From Camelus dromedarius (Eukaryota), in NCBI RefSeq assembly GCF_036321535.1, contig NC_087444.1:71796001-71860000 (forward strand): DNA of 64,000 bases. The letters run 5' to 3'. The notes under the pieces were generated by a model. The model saw only the letters and a program-made list of their open reading frames with translations, searched no databases and was not told where the DNA came from. Numbering within the stretch: position 1 is the stretch's first letter; each line of letters begins with the position of its first letter. Both the position numbers and the translations under genes were made by a program. Shown piece after piece: positions 26,701 through 39,180 of the stretch.

Positions 26701-27844
26701 GGCCTAGATCCTTCCAGTGCCAAGGGAACTCAAGAGACACCCAAAGATGGCTCCACTGCTGGTATCTGTCCATCTTCAACACCCTGCACCAACCTTGCCT
26801 GCTACCGATCATTATGCACACCATAGCCAGGTCTTCTTAAAGTATAAACCTGACCTTGTCCCTACCTTGCTCAGAACCTGCCATGACTTCCCCGTCCCCT
26901 TGGGAAAAGGCCCAGCTACTCCACCAGTCCAGCTTCCTCCCTTCCCACTGTTCCACACCCACCCTGGGGGCCCAGGGAAGCACCTGATCTGGCATACAGA
27001 GTAGTCAGAATACCAGGGCCCTGTCTCATCCTCAGTAGGAGCTATTACCTCCATTATATAGATGAAGAAACTGAGGCAGGACAGGTTGCCTAACTAGTTC
27101 AAGGTCACACATAACGGGTGTGACTTGGAGTAGGGATATGAACCCAAGGAATCTGATTGTAGATTGCTGCTGAACTATATATTCTCTGGGGTCTCAGCTC
27201 AGCTATCTCCTCCTCCAAGAAGCTAAACAGCCAGGCTGGGTCAGGCTTCACCTCTGGGCTCCCACACTGGCTCCCTTGCTGTCTGTTCCTCAGAGTCACC
27301 AAGCTCTTCCCTTCTGTGGTTTTTGGAATGCTTTTCCCCAGATCTCTATATGGCTCAGTGCCTTATGTTATTTGGGTCTTTGTGCAAATGTAACTTTAAC
27401 AGGCCTATATCTTTAACAGAGAGTTCTTCCCTGAGCTTGCTTCCTGGAAACCTCCCACCTGCCCAGACAGGGGCCTCTGGGTTCCCAAGTCCCAGCCTTG
27501 CCCACTTAAGAGTCATCACTGTCTAGGAATGGATCTGTCTTCTCCAATGGTTAGTGAACCCCTGGGAGGAGGGGAGGGAGGAAGGGCCAGAGCTATCATG
27601 GTCATCACGGTGACCCCAGCAACACTGCCCAGCATGGGACTGAATGGATCAAAGCTCCCTTCCCTGAGGTTCCATGTCCTAAACTCCATGAGGCCTGGCA
27701 GTGTAAACTCTGTTTCACACCCAGCTTTTCCATCTGTGTCCGAGGTCACTGGGGCAGAATTTTCTAACTTCCCACACACTGAGCCCAGCACAAGGCCCGA
27801 CACTAAGTCAGCTTTCAGAGAATGCTCCGTGAAGATCCTTTATT

Positions 27845-28200
27845 GTAAAACATCACAAGCCAGAGAGACTAAAAACTAAAAAATGGAAAAAGACTGACCA
27901 GGCAAATATGAACTATGAGACAAGTAGAGGACTGACACTGCCACTTAAAAAAATAATAACTAGCAAAAGCAAAATGTATTATTAGGGACAGAGATGGTGA
28001 CAAAACAAACTGACCCATTGTACACAAAAATTCTCAACATATGTGCTCCTAATACTGTAGCCTCAAAATAGATAAAGCCAAAAACAACAGAACAACACAG
28101 TTTGGCAAATCTACCACTGTAATGGCAAACCTGAATATATTTCTCCATAATAATTGGTTGAAAAGATAAAATCAGTAAGAACCTGAACCACACAATCAGC
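27845..28200 (+). mobile_element. L1 ORF2 endonuclease-region fragment
   Basis: A-rich; aacatatgtgctcctaa...gcctcaaaatagataaagccaaaa matches the L1 EN NIYAPN region. Confidence 0.6.
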
Positions 28201-29669
28201 ACTCTTGCCGGAATGCCCCCAACAATTAGAGAATCCAGTTTTACATCCCTCATCTGACATTCAGAGGTCCTCCTGTGTGCTGGCCCTGGGTTGGGTGCTG
28301 AGGACACAGAGATGACACTGAGCTCACCAGGAAGAGCTCATGGGAAAGGGGGCAGGCATCCAAATAAACAAGCATGGCCAACATGAATATATTACAGAGA
28401 AAATGAGGATCACAGCAGCAGTTAACACTGGAGCACTCGCTGGGAGCCGGGCTTTGCTCTCAGTGCTTTACAAATATTAACTCATTTCATTCTCACAATG
28501 TTTCACTTCATTTCAAAGATTCAGAAGTGGAGGCAGAGAATGGCTAAGTGATTGTTATTGGACATGGTTCTGGGGCAGGGCTTTGAATCAAAGAGGCTGG
28601 CTGACTCCAAAGAGCAAGCAGCTCATTCACTGAGTCTACGGGGTACTTTTCCTGGATCATCTTGTTCAGTCCTCCAGGCCTTTGCACTCTCTGTTCCCCC
28701 TGCCTAGAATACTCCTCCCCAGGTATCCACAGGGCTCACCCACTCACCTCCTCCAGGTTTTGCTCAGAGATCACCTTCATAAGACCTTCCTTGATCTAAC
28801 ACTGCAGCTTCTGTCACAGACACTCTCCTTCCCTGATTTATTTTGCTCCTTAGCACACATTACTAATACACTATAAACTTTGTTTATAAAGTTTATGGTC
28901 GGCTCCCCTCAGTAAAACAAAAGCTCCCCCAGGGCTGATATTTTTGTCTGTTTTTTTTTTTTTTTCTTTTTCTCACTGCCATATCTCTAACTTTTGGAAC
29001 AACACCTAGCGATTGTTTACTATCAGTGTGGTCCTGGAGCGGCAGCCCCTGGGATTGTGTTAGAAATGCAATCTTGGGTTCTGCGGTACACCTACTGAAT
29101 CAGAACGTGCACTTCAACAAGATCTCTGGGAGATTCGTTTAAGTTTGAGAAGTAAAGCCCTGGCACATCGCAGATGTGCAGTACGTGTTTGCTTGAACAA
29201 ACGCCTAAGGATGCCATGTTGTCTGCCTTCTGCACAGTGGCTACTGGGGACCTCTTGTAAAAAACTAGTTGGCTCCAGCCAAGTCCACTGGTGGAAATCG
29301 TGCTCCTAGGACCAAGGCAGGATGCCTCTTCTCCAGGAGCTGTCCTGGTACCCTCCTAAGCTACATAGGCTCTCTTGCTCCTGAGGCCTCCTCTTGGAGC
29401 ACCTGTCATTACTCAATGACAATGACCTGGGTGTGGGCCTCTCTCCCCTCCATCCTCTGGGCTTCTGGAAGGCTGGGACCTCTCCTCAAAGGCGTAGCTG
29501 CTCCAGCCTCTGCACTTGGCTCACTGGACTGAAGCTCTTCCTGCTTCATCCTTTCTATGGTAGCCAGAGTGATCTTTCCAAACACACATCAGACCATATC
29601 ACTCCCCTGCCTAAAACCCTTCCATGAGAGGTGCAAGTCTGCAAAGCAAAACAAACAAACAAACAAACA

Positions 29670-29940
29670 AAAAAACATGTCCATGAACCCTTAGAAAGCT
29701 ATCAGATCAAGGAAGTAAAATCAAGCCCAGAAGATGGGCAAAAGAAGTCCCCAGATGAAGGCAAGGGGAGCTCCGAGGAGGAGAGCTGTGTAGCAGGTCT
29801 AGGGAGCCCCTGCCCCCATGAATGCGCAGAGAAAGGAGAAAGGCTGACCATGAACAAGCTAAGCATGCAGCTTAAGAAGCTGGAAACAGTATCAACCACA
29901 GAATAAACCAAAGAAAGAAGGAAAAAAATGATAAAAAAAA
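29670..29940 (+). mobile_element. L1 ORF2 fragment
   Basis: Translates to ERLTMNKLSMQLKKLE..., resembling L1 ORF2 ERSQINNLTLHLKELEKEEQTKPK. Confidence 0.6.
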
Positions 29941-30600
29941 AAAAAAAAAAAAGACGATGCCTGACCCCAACGCTGACTCAGGTGATACCCGCCCCTTTCC
30001 CCACCCTGGGGTGCCTCCATCCCTGAGTTGGGGGTCAGGGTCATGCCAGCCCAGGCTGGGCACAGAACAATGCCCAGGGAATGCACCTGCCAACAGTCAC
30101 ACAGGCATCAGTGGCAGGACCCCAGGGCTCTGCTCCTGGTCCTGCCCTTTCTTCCCTCCACTCTCTCCACCCTGCACCCCCCACTACCACTTTTTCCACA
30201 TTCCTGATCCATCTATACTCCTTTATTGGATGGTTGGACTCAGGGTCTGCTGGTTTCTCTCCCCTTCACAAGCTTTCCTTTCCAATTAATAGCTCCTGGA
30301 TGGTAGGACTTATCCAAATCCTCAGGATCTAGAGATCCAGGGCACAAACAGAATTCAGGCAGGGCCTGCGAGCACCCCAGCTTTCCTAGTTTTGGGGTGT
30401 GAGTTACCATAGGCAGGTTCCTTAACCCTCCATGCCTCAGTTTCCCCCACTGTAAAACACAGGTAATAACAGTGCCCATCCATGAGCTGGCTGACAATTC
30501 ACTGAGATCAACCCAGCAGAGCACTCAGTGCCACCTAGGCGCCAAGGAGAGATTCCATACGCAGGTGCTGGGATTATTAAGAAAAGGTGGGACTACTAGC

Positions 30601-30765
30601 GGGAGAGGGTACAGCTCAGTGGTAGAGCGCGTGCCTACCATACACGAGGTCCTGGGTCCAATCCCCAGTACTTCCATTAAAATAAGTAAATAAATAAACC
30701 TAATTACTCCCCCCCCACCAAACAAACAAACAAAACCAGTAAATGAAATTTAAAAAGGAAAAAAA
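30601..30765 (+). mobile_element. tRNA-derived SINE (camelid Vic-1-like)
   Basis: gggagagggtacagctcagtggtagagcg...gggtccaatcccc; tail; TSD-like aaaaggtgggactact / aaataggtgagactact. Confidence 0.88.
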
Positions 30766-33700
30766 TAGGTGAGACTACTGAAGATCACCAGCTGAGCCAA
30801 ATGCTTCTTCCCTCTTTATTTCACATTCTGAAATTAAACCGATCCTAGTCCCTCACAATAATCAATTCTCATTCAACAGTCATTCCTTTGTTATTGTTAG
30901 GTATTAGGTCTCACCTAGTAATTAAACAGAATTTACAGACCAGCTACTATGTGCCAGGCACTGTTCTGGGCATCAGGGATCTGCAGGGTCCAGGAGACAG
31001 AAATTCTTGTCCTCATGGACTAGGGAGAGGGGACAATAAATATATAGTAAATTTCAAGGTGCTACAGGGAAAGACATATAGCAAGAAAGGAATCGGGGTT
31101 TAAGGCAGGGTTTATGATCTTAATTGAGGGGTCAGGACAGCATCACAGAGCAGGTGACAAGCCAAGTGTTTTAGAAAACCTGTGTTTTTAGGAATAATTC
31201 AGCTTTACCAGAGCTGCTAGAAATATATCGTTAGAAATGGTAAAAATATCATTTTGTATGAGTAAGCTTCAGACAAGCACAGGCTGAAAACACATTTAAA
31301 ATTTTAAGAAAAGGCAGAATAACTTGGAAAGCAGATACATTTTCTAAGACAAACAAAGGAAAAGAGGGGAAAAAAGTGTCACATCACCCCAGGGCACCCA
31401 GATGTGACAAACAGGAACAGGGACAAGTAAGAGGTTTGCAACTTTTCCTCAAACCAATAGGTTTTCAGATAATTCCACTGAGAACTGGAGGAAAAATGTT
31501 AAAAATCCAGCAAAGCAATGACAAGCAGGCAAAGCTGGCATGAGCGGCTGAAAGTGAATCAGTGACAGAGAAACCCAAACCAAAAAGTGAGCACAAATGC
31601 CACCAGAGCTGCAAGGCTGCCCCAGTGTTGTGACAACAGAAAGCTTCCCAAGGGCAGGGTGTCAGCCTGCACTTGGTACAAGACCTGGCACATAGAAGGT
31701 GCTCTGTCAACACTGTGGACTACTTAAGGGATGAACCCCCATTTTCCAGAAGAGGAGACTGAGGTCCAGAGGGGTTAAGTGACTTCCCCAAAGTCACACA
31801 GCTGGTGGGTGATGGAGCCAGGATTCAAAACTAGGTGTTCTGTTTCCAGAGCACATGCTCAATATACACTTTTCTTGAAAGAATAAAATTAACCAAAAGA
31901 CCACACACTTATTAAGAGCTTAATATGCACTTGGCATTTTATACATGTTTTCTGATCAACTCCTTACAAGGGTCTCATGTTTGGAAAGTGCACCCATTTC
32001 ACATATGAGAAAACTGAGGCCCAGAGTGGGACTGCAACTTGGCCAAGGAAACACAGCACCTGAGATGGAGATGCGGACCAGCGCCTCTCTGATGCCAGTG
32101 CTTTTAACCAGAAGCTTTCCTATCAGAGTCAGAGAACTTACTGGATAAACTCAGGAGACCTCACAACAAATGAACCAAATTGTTTCAAAATGACTTACAA
32201 AGTTGCCAAACTGCCCAGTGAGGTCCTAATGACCAAAAAGGGGACGGGGGGGGGGGGGGGGACACACAGTTGGTAGAAATATTTCCTATTTGCTGAAACA
32301 CTTGGAGTTGGGCCAGGCTGGGCACTGGCAAGTGAATTATTTATATTTGGCTGGGGATGGGAATGGGAATGGGGACCGATTGAGTTTCTGACCACCCCCT
32401 TGAGGAATAACCCTTGGACTTGGCAGCCCAAAGGGAGAGAGTGGGGGACTAGAAGATTCAGGATGTGGGAGCAACCTGGGAGAGAAGGAAAGGAGGCAGC
32501 CTGGCTGATGTTTCCCTCACTAGTCCTTCACTACTGCCTTTTCCCTCAGGTCTGAGTTTCCCATTTTCCATTCAAAAGAATGACAACTCACATGTATCAA
32601 GCACTTATCCAAGCAGTTTACATGCTTACCTCCCTGAACCCTCTAACCTTCCTATGGTTCCTGCTCCCATTTTATAGTTAAAGAGCGGCAAAAAGACTTG
32701 CCTAAGGTCTCACGGCAGGTACATGGCAGAACTAAAATTCAAACTGAAGACTGCTTCAGTTCTCAAGTCTCCGCCCTACTCATAATATTGTACTTCAGCA
32801 CGAGGAGAGGGGGCTAAATTACCGTGGCGAGAGCACAGATTGAGCTAGGATGCCTCAACTTAAATCCTGAGTCTACCATTTAATGCTGGATGACCTTGGG
32901 AAAGTTGCTGAACTCTGTGCCTCTGCTTCCTTTCTGTGGAATGGAGATAATAACAGCACCTACAACTTAGGGATGTTGTCAGACTTAAATGAGTTAATAC
33001 ATACAAACAGCTGAGAACAGGGCCGGGCACTTTCTAAACAGTAAGTTTTAGCTGGAATTGACTATGGGGAAACCCTGCATGCTTCAGAACTGGGGTGTGC
33101 CAAGTTTTGAGAAAACACCCCTGGGGCTGGACTGAAAAGGAGGGAAACCATTAGCACCTGTGACCTAGTCACATTCCTGGGGTAGGGAACTTCCCACCAA
33201 CAGCTCTGAGACTAAGGACTTACTGCCAGCCAGGATGACGACCTTATAGAGCCTCCTCTCTTCTCAGTGGCATGTTGTTCCCACAATACAGATAAGGGCA
33301 CTCAGTGTCAGAGAGGGGACACTTGCCCAGGTCATAAAGGAGTGGCAGAAGAAAAGATCTGAATGTTGAACGGTCCATGCACATAAACCACTACACTTTT
33401 CTAAATCCCACTGGAGAAATGAAAGTGTAAAAGGTCTCTATGGCCCCTTCTGGCCATATTATCCTACAGTTCTGTGACTGCCCAGTTTATCGGGAGTCTC
33501 TGGCTGGACTAAGCAAACTATTGCCATATGCAGGCCCCTAATCTCTTGCTCCCCACCCTACCCACAGTCCTGGATCCTAACTTACACACCACTCTACCAC
33601 TGATCTCTCTCTTCCATCATCTCAGTTTGCCCTCTTGCCCTCAATCCGACCCAGAGGCTCCAAACCACAGCATCCCACAGCTGGCTTCTCCCTTGGAGCC

Positions 33701-34074
33701 TCTAGACTCCCTCATTCATCTAGCACTGACTCCTATGGCTTTCCACATCCCCCAGGCTATACCTCTCGAAATTGCCCCCTTAAGGGCCTCTGCCTGGACG
33801 TCCAGCCCCTTCTCCAACTCGGGACTCCTTTCCCCAGCTCTGAGCTCCCTTATAATCAATCCCAAAGCTCGACTCTCTCCCCACCTTCAAGACCCATCCC
33901 CAGCCCCCATTCTTCTACTATTCCCTCCGACTCCCATTTCTCCCAATCCCCTCCCCCGAGCGACCTCCCCTCATCCAGCCCCTTCTTTAGCCACTGCCTC
34001 TTCCCTCTCGCCACCAGGTCCCGAACCCCCGCCTCGGTTCTCAAGCGCCCCCGGCCCCCGCTCGGGGTTCTCAC

Positions 34075-34190
34075 CATCTCCGCGCGCTGCAGCTCCCTCG
34101 GCTACGCGGGTTTCCCCCACTCGCTCCTCTCCAGCCTCCCCTTCCGGGTTCCCGCCCCGAAGCCCGCTGGGAATTGGAGTCTGGGCAGCC
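34075..34190 (-). other. FBXO46: FBXO46 non-coding first exon (5' end approximate)
   Basis: CpG island; strong donor GAGATG|gtgaga at 34075/34074; ZNF143 motif immediately upstream. Confidence 0.6.
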
Positions 34191-34194
34191 ATGG

Positions 34195-34211
34195 ACTACA
34201 TCTCCCAGAAG
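34195..34211 (+). promoter_or_regulatory. ZNF143/THAP11 (SBS) motif at the FBXO46 promoter
   Basis: ACTACATCTCCCAGAAG matches ACTAYRnnnCCCAG. Confidence 0.75.
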
Positions 34212-35289
34212 GCAGCACGGTCAAGCTTGGAGGTGGGGAAGGACGCAAACTGGGCGGGCTGAGTCAAAGAACGACTCTAACTCCCAGGGGGCAGAGAGGG
34301 CGCCTGGCAGCGCAGGCGCAGAGAGCGCCCCCGCCAGGCGCGCTGGGAGTTGGAGTCCAGCTTCCTCCATCTTTGTCCGGGGCTCTTGGAAAAGGAATTG
34401 AGAATATTGCAAAGGGGAGTTTGTGAGGGGTGGAGAGTTGGGAAAGAGCAAGTTTATCGATTTACTTAAACTGATTAGCATAGTAATTAACAGTGCCTTG
34501 TACTTTCTCACTTTCCCATCCATTTCCTCCCTGGTTTTCTGACCACCACCCCCTAATTCACAAATAAGGAAATTAAGCCTTAGGAGGGAGGAAATCTCCA
34601 TGCACTAGGAATTTGCAGACATCATAGTTAGACAGATGTTCCACGAGGACAAGCACCTTTGAGTATCTTGTTCAAGCACCCAAAACAGTGTAAATAAGTG
34701 CTTAGTAAATATTTATTGCATGCTAATTATATGCCACTCTGCAGAAAACCAAATTTATAAAAATTAAGGCAGAAAGAGCTTGGGGTTTTCTCCATGGCAA
34801 CACAGCAAGAAAGTGATTTGAACTTAAATGTGTGGGACACCAGGGTCTCTACTCTCCACCAGAATGCTAGATCACCTCTCCTTAAGCTATATTTTCCTGC
34901 ACATCCTCCTCATGGGCCATGAGAATGAACTTTATAAAATGGAGAGTTTGCTACATAAAGGGACATAACAGCTTCACAAGGGGGAACTGCTACTCAGGCC
35001 CAACTCCAATGGCCCTCCTCTTTAAACCTTTTCTCAGTTTATGGCTCTTTAATGCAGCCTCAGCCTCACTGCAGTTCTCACAGCCTATGCACAGGTTAAG
35101 ACTTCGGTTAAATTCCCAACTTCCAGCATGGTGCTTGGCACACATTAGGCCCTCATTAGACATGTGGTAAAGGGAAAATGTGGAAATGAGACACCAGAGG
35201 GCAAATAGGGAAACTGGTCTTTCTCCCTGAGAGTTGGCAGTTAGGGAGACCCCGCCTCCCTTTAGGCTCCTTTGGTCCTGGACCTGGTC

Positions 35290-35900
35290 GCCGGGGGGCG
35301 TGGCCATGTGGGGCGGTGCCTACCGAAAAGGCGGGCAACTGAGTGAGCGCTGATTGGTCGGAACTTTGGCGCGCAACAGCAAAGGCTGTGTCAGGAGGCG
35401 CGAGGCCAGGCTCGCGCTGTGCTAGAAGACAGGGAACATTTCCCGGGCGCGCGTGCGCAGGCCATTGCACCCTGCCGTTTCCCCTCTCCAGTCTCGTGCC
35501 CAGCACACCCTGGCGGGAACTGGTGGGGGCGTGGCCTGGCCTCAAAAGCTCCCTGTTGCTCTCCTCCTCAGGCCTTGGGCAGGAGCCTCGCACCAAAGGG
35601 GATTCGCGCCCACCTCACGCTTGGGTTGGGAACTTAGTGGCCGAGGCCAGCCTGGGCTCACGCGCGGCCATTCTCCCGGGACCAGCGCGAGACGCTGTCT
35701 GATCCGGCTTCGAAGTGTGGGGCTGGCGCAAAACCAGAAAGGGGGCCTCACGCCATTTTGCACTTCCTGAGGCGGGTGCTGGAAGCTGAGGGAAAGGGAG
35801 CGGGGGACTAGCTGACCAGAAGGGAGCCTGGGGTCCACCCAGGAGCAACACTTTGTGGTCGTGGCCACCCTCTGGGAGTTTCAGGGGGACAGGAGGGCGG
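35290..35900 (+). promoter_or_regulatory. MEIOSIN: MEIOSIN CpG-island promoter and probable non-coding exon 1
   Basis: CpG-dense; ATTGG near 35353, E2F TTTGGCGC 35365-35372, NRF1 35449-35459, GGCGGGAA 35512-35519, YY1 cgccattttg 35751-35760; candidate donor CGG|gtatgc at 35901. Confidence 0.6.
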
Positions 35901-37069
35901 GTATGCCTTGGGTGCCGGGGCTGTAGTGGAGGCAGGACCTGGGCAGCAGAGCCGGAGTTTGGGTCTGAGGCAGGGCATAGGTTTTGGAATCCAGACTCAA
36001 GTTTGAAATATGAAGTCTCTGAATAGTGGTGCTGAGGGTCACAAGTTAGGGGCTAGGGTCTTGGGATTTGTGTTTGGACAGAACTAGTTTTGGAAATCTG
36101 AAGGTCTTAGGTTTTGTGACTGGAAGCTTTCCCATTGCAATTGGAGATCCCAGCTTGAAGTCTGGAGTATCATTTTGGGGATCTGAGGTCGAACTGGGGA
36201 GGACTGAAGCCTTAGTATAGATTTAAAGTCTAGAATCTCAATGTAGGGTAGGAGGTATGAGATTTAGGGCCTGGAGTCACAATTTGGAACTTTGAGAATC
36301 AAGTGTTAGGGCCCGGAGTCCCCCATGTTGAGTATGAGGCTTCAGTTTTAGAGTTTGAGTCTCAGAGTGAAACTCACATGTGAGAGCACAGTTTTAGAGT
36401 TGGGGTCACAACTTCAGGGTCTGAAGTGACAGTTTTGGGGTCTAGAGGTCTTTAATTTAGGATCTGAGGTCAATTTAGGGGGCTCAGTTTTGCTTTGAGG
36501 GGCTTAGATTTCTTACTTTAGGAATTGAGTCCTCAGTATTAAGGTTTATGGTCTGTAATCTTGATATGTGGGATTAGGCTTATATTTGAGGATCAGAAGG
36601 TAATAGTTTAGGGGGGTCTAGAGTATCTCAGTATTAGAGTTTAGGGTTTTTAGGTTTGGGAAGGGCTCTTTTTGGGTTCTATGTCCTCACTGGGAGTTTA
36701 AAGTCAGTTTTAGTGTCTTAATATCACAGTTTAGAGATCTCAAGCCATGGTTTTCAGTTCTGGTCCCCATTACAGAGTCTTACATCTCACTGTTAAAACT
36801 GAAGTTCTGAAGTCAAAGTTTGAGAATTTATTGCTTTTAGTTTTAGGTGTGGATCATGACTTAGGGGCCCAAATTTACAATCTGGAATTCATAGAGTTTT
36901 GGTATTTTAATTTGGTCTCTTGGCCTGTATTTATGGGGCCTGGGGACTTATTTTGGGACCTCTGAGTGCTCAAAGGATCACCATGGGGAAAATGAGTCTG
37001 CCGGTCGCACTGCATTCCTCCTGGAATCCCAGAGGTCACTAGTAATTCTTTCTTTTTCCCTCTTTGCAG

Positions 37070-37140
37070 ATGTGGGGTTCCAGCAAATACCTGTGCTCTC
37101 CTGAACGGCCCAGAGCCAGTTCCCTGAGTCTCAGTGACAG
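37070..37140 (+). CDS. MEIOSIN: Meiosis initiator (BHMG1), first coding exon (MWGSSKYLCSPERPRASSLSLSDR)
   Basis: Long pyrimidine tract, gcag|ATG; donor CAG|gtaagc; resembles recalled human N-terminus MFGSSRYLGSSEQPRANSLGPSDR; phase 2. Confidence 0.8.
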
Positions 37141-37789
37141 GTAAGCATTCCCCCTGGCCCATCTTCCTTACATCTCCAGCCACTCTGGTTGAATAATAAT
37201 AACAGTAATGTTTACTGAGCATTTACTAACTTGCCAGGCTTTTTGCTAAGCCTTTTGTTTGTATGACATCCTTTAATCCTTACAACAATTCCACGGAGGA
37301 ACTAAGTTTGAATATTACTGCCATTTCAAGATGAGAGAATTCTGAGGTGGTTGACAAAGATCATCTCTAAGCCCTTGAAGGTTTTGACATTCTGAGTTTC
37401 TTACATGCCCTTCCTTCCTTTCTTTTGTTCACCTATTCATTCCACCATTAAGCAACTACCAAGTGTCAGGAATCTCATAGAGGTGATTTTCCTATCAGAT
37501 TGAGGTTGGATCAGATTTCTCCCTACCTCCAAATTCTGGGTAAAGAAAAGAGCCAGAGTTCATCCTATCCCCCACTGTCTTCCCCAGTGACTTTCCATCC
37601 ACCTATCTCTTCATTCATTAACTCCAAAAATAAGCACCTGCTTTGTTCAGATTCTCTACTTAGGTACTGTGCTCAGAAGGAGCACATGAAGAAAATGAAG
37701 AATGCTTCTCTCACTTGCCTATTCCTTCTGGAATCCCAGAGGTCACCAACAATGCATTCTCTTTCCCCTTTTTCTAGATGTGGGGGTCA

Positions 37790-38300
37790 TTGTATTAATA
37801 AAGACTCTTAATTGTAATTAACATAAACCTAGCTAAAACTGGCTTAAGCATGAAAGGGGATTTACTGGAGCCTTTAAACAAAAAATTCAGGGGCATGAGG
37901 CTTGGTTCGTTCCAGGTGGAGGGTTAAATGAGATGGCCAGGAATCTGCCTCTCTTGCTCTGCTGTTGTCTGTGTTGGCTCTCCATTCGTGAGGGCAAGAT
38001 GGCTTCCAGCAGCTCCAGTTCCATGTCCTGCCAACTTGACCATCCCAGCAGAGAGAGTCTCTTTCCAGGATCCACTGACTCTGATTAGCCAAGCCTGGGT
38101 TATGACCCCAGTCCTGAACCAATCACTTGACTTCTTGGCTAGACCTTGGTTTGGTGCTCCCTAGTGGAAGGGAGGTTGGGATCAGCCTCTCTGAAACATG
38201 GACTGAGAGTGGCGGAGGGGTCATTCCCCAAAGGAAACTATTACCAGAAAAGGAGGGATTGGATGTTGGTCAAACCAAAAACAAGTTTTTATCAACAACA
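37790..38300. mobile_element. MLT1K/J-like LTR in a MEIOSIN intron
   Basis: gattagccaagcctgggttatgaccccagtcctgaaccaatcac and gcaagatggcttccagcagctcc motifs. Confidence 0.5.
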
Positions 38301-38929
38301 GCCATCCAATACAATACCTCCACCCCATTCTCCAACATCCTTTATCCCTAAATCATTCCAGTGAATGACTGTCTACCCTCTGTTTTGAGCTAATACTCCC
38401 TATGTGCTAAACATCTTCTAGACAAGATCAAACTTTCCAGCCACCTCCATTTTATAAATGAATTATAAACAGGCTCAGAGAGATGAAAGCACTTGGCCAA
38501 AGTGACACAGCAAGTGGCAGAGCTGGGATTTCAACCAGATCCGTTTGCTTCAAAAGCTGGAGTTTATAACCAAATACTATGCTGCCTCTTGGGACTGCCC
38601 CCTGCTTTGTCCCACTTTGGGGCAGCTCTACCTCTTAAATTCCTACACCTGTTAAAGCAAATTAAAGTCAAGGCCTTGGTTTTCCCACAGCTAATATGAG
38701 AAATTTGGACTACCCCTTGATTAAGGCTCCTTCCAGCTTATATAAAATAAACAAACTAGCGAGTGTTTAGACTGATTAGCTCAGGGAAGAGGAAACCCAG
38801 GAATCAGAGTCATTTGCCATTTCAAAGACTGCAAGGCCATGATAAGACTGAAGGAGCATTCATTGATTCAAAACAAATTTTTGTTGAGCACCTACTAAGT
38901 GTGGGGCATTATTCTAGGTGGTAAGGATG

Positions 38930-39180
38930 TAGCCAGGGCCACATAATGACTTTCATGGGCCCTAGGCAGTTTTCCTTCTTGGGCTCCTTCCTCCATTAAA
39001 AACATATTAAAAAGGATAGTTTACAACTGCATTGGTATAAAGAGGAATATAATCCAAGTTGGATAATATTAATTTTTTTCTCTTTAGACTCTAAAAGAAA
39101 CTAAAACATTTTCATGAGCCCCTAAAAGTATCACCAGCCCTAGGGACGCTGCTTACTGTGCCTAATAGCTACATCAATCT
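38930..39180. mobile_element. hAT-Tip100-type MITE
   Basis: cagggcc... termini with internal gggccctagg repeats and AT-rich core. Confidence 0.45.

Noticed and set aside
29631-29953. ORF followed by AATAAA and poly(A), resembling a processed pseudogene
   Set aside because: Translation matches the L1 ORF2 linker; the A-richness is typical of L1.
33528-34426. 244-aa and 263-aa Pro/Ser-rich ORFs
   Set aside because: Produced by C-rich strand skew antisense to FBXO46 intron 1; low complexity with no splice or domain support.
36000-36950. Interstitial telomeric array
   Set aside because: No consecutive perfect TTAGGG units; kept only as a skewed degenerate tract.
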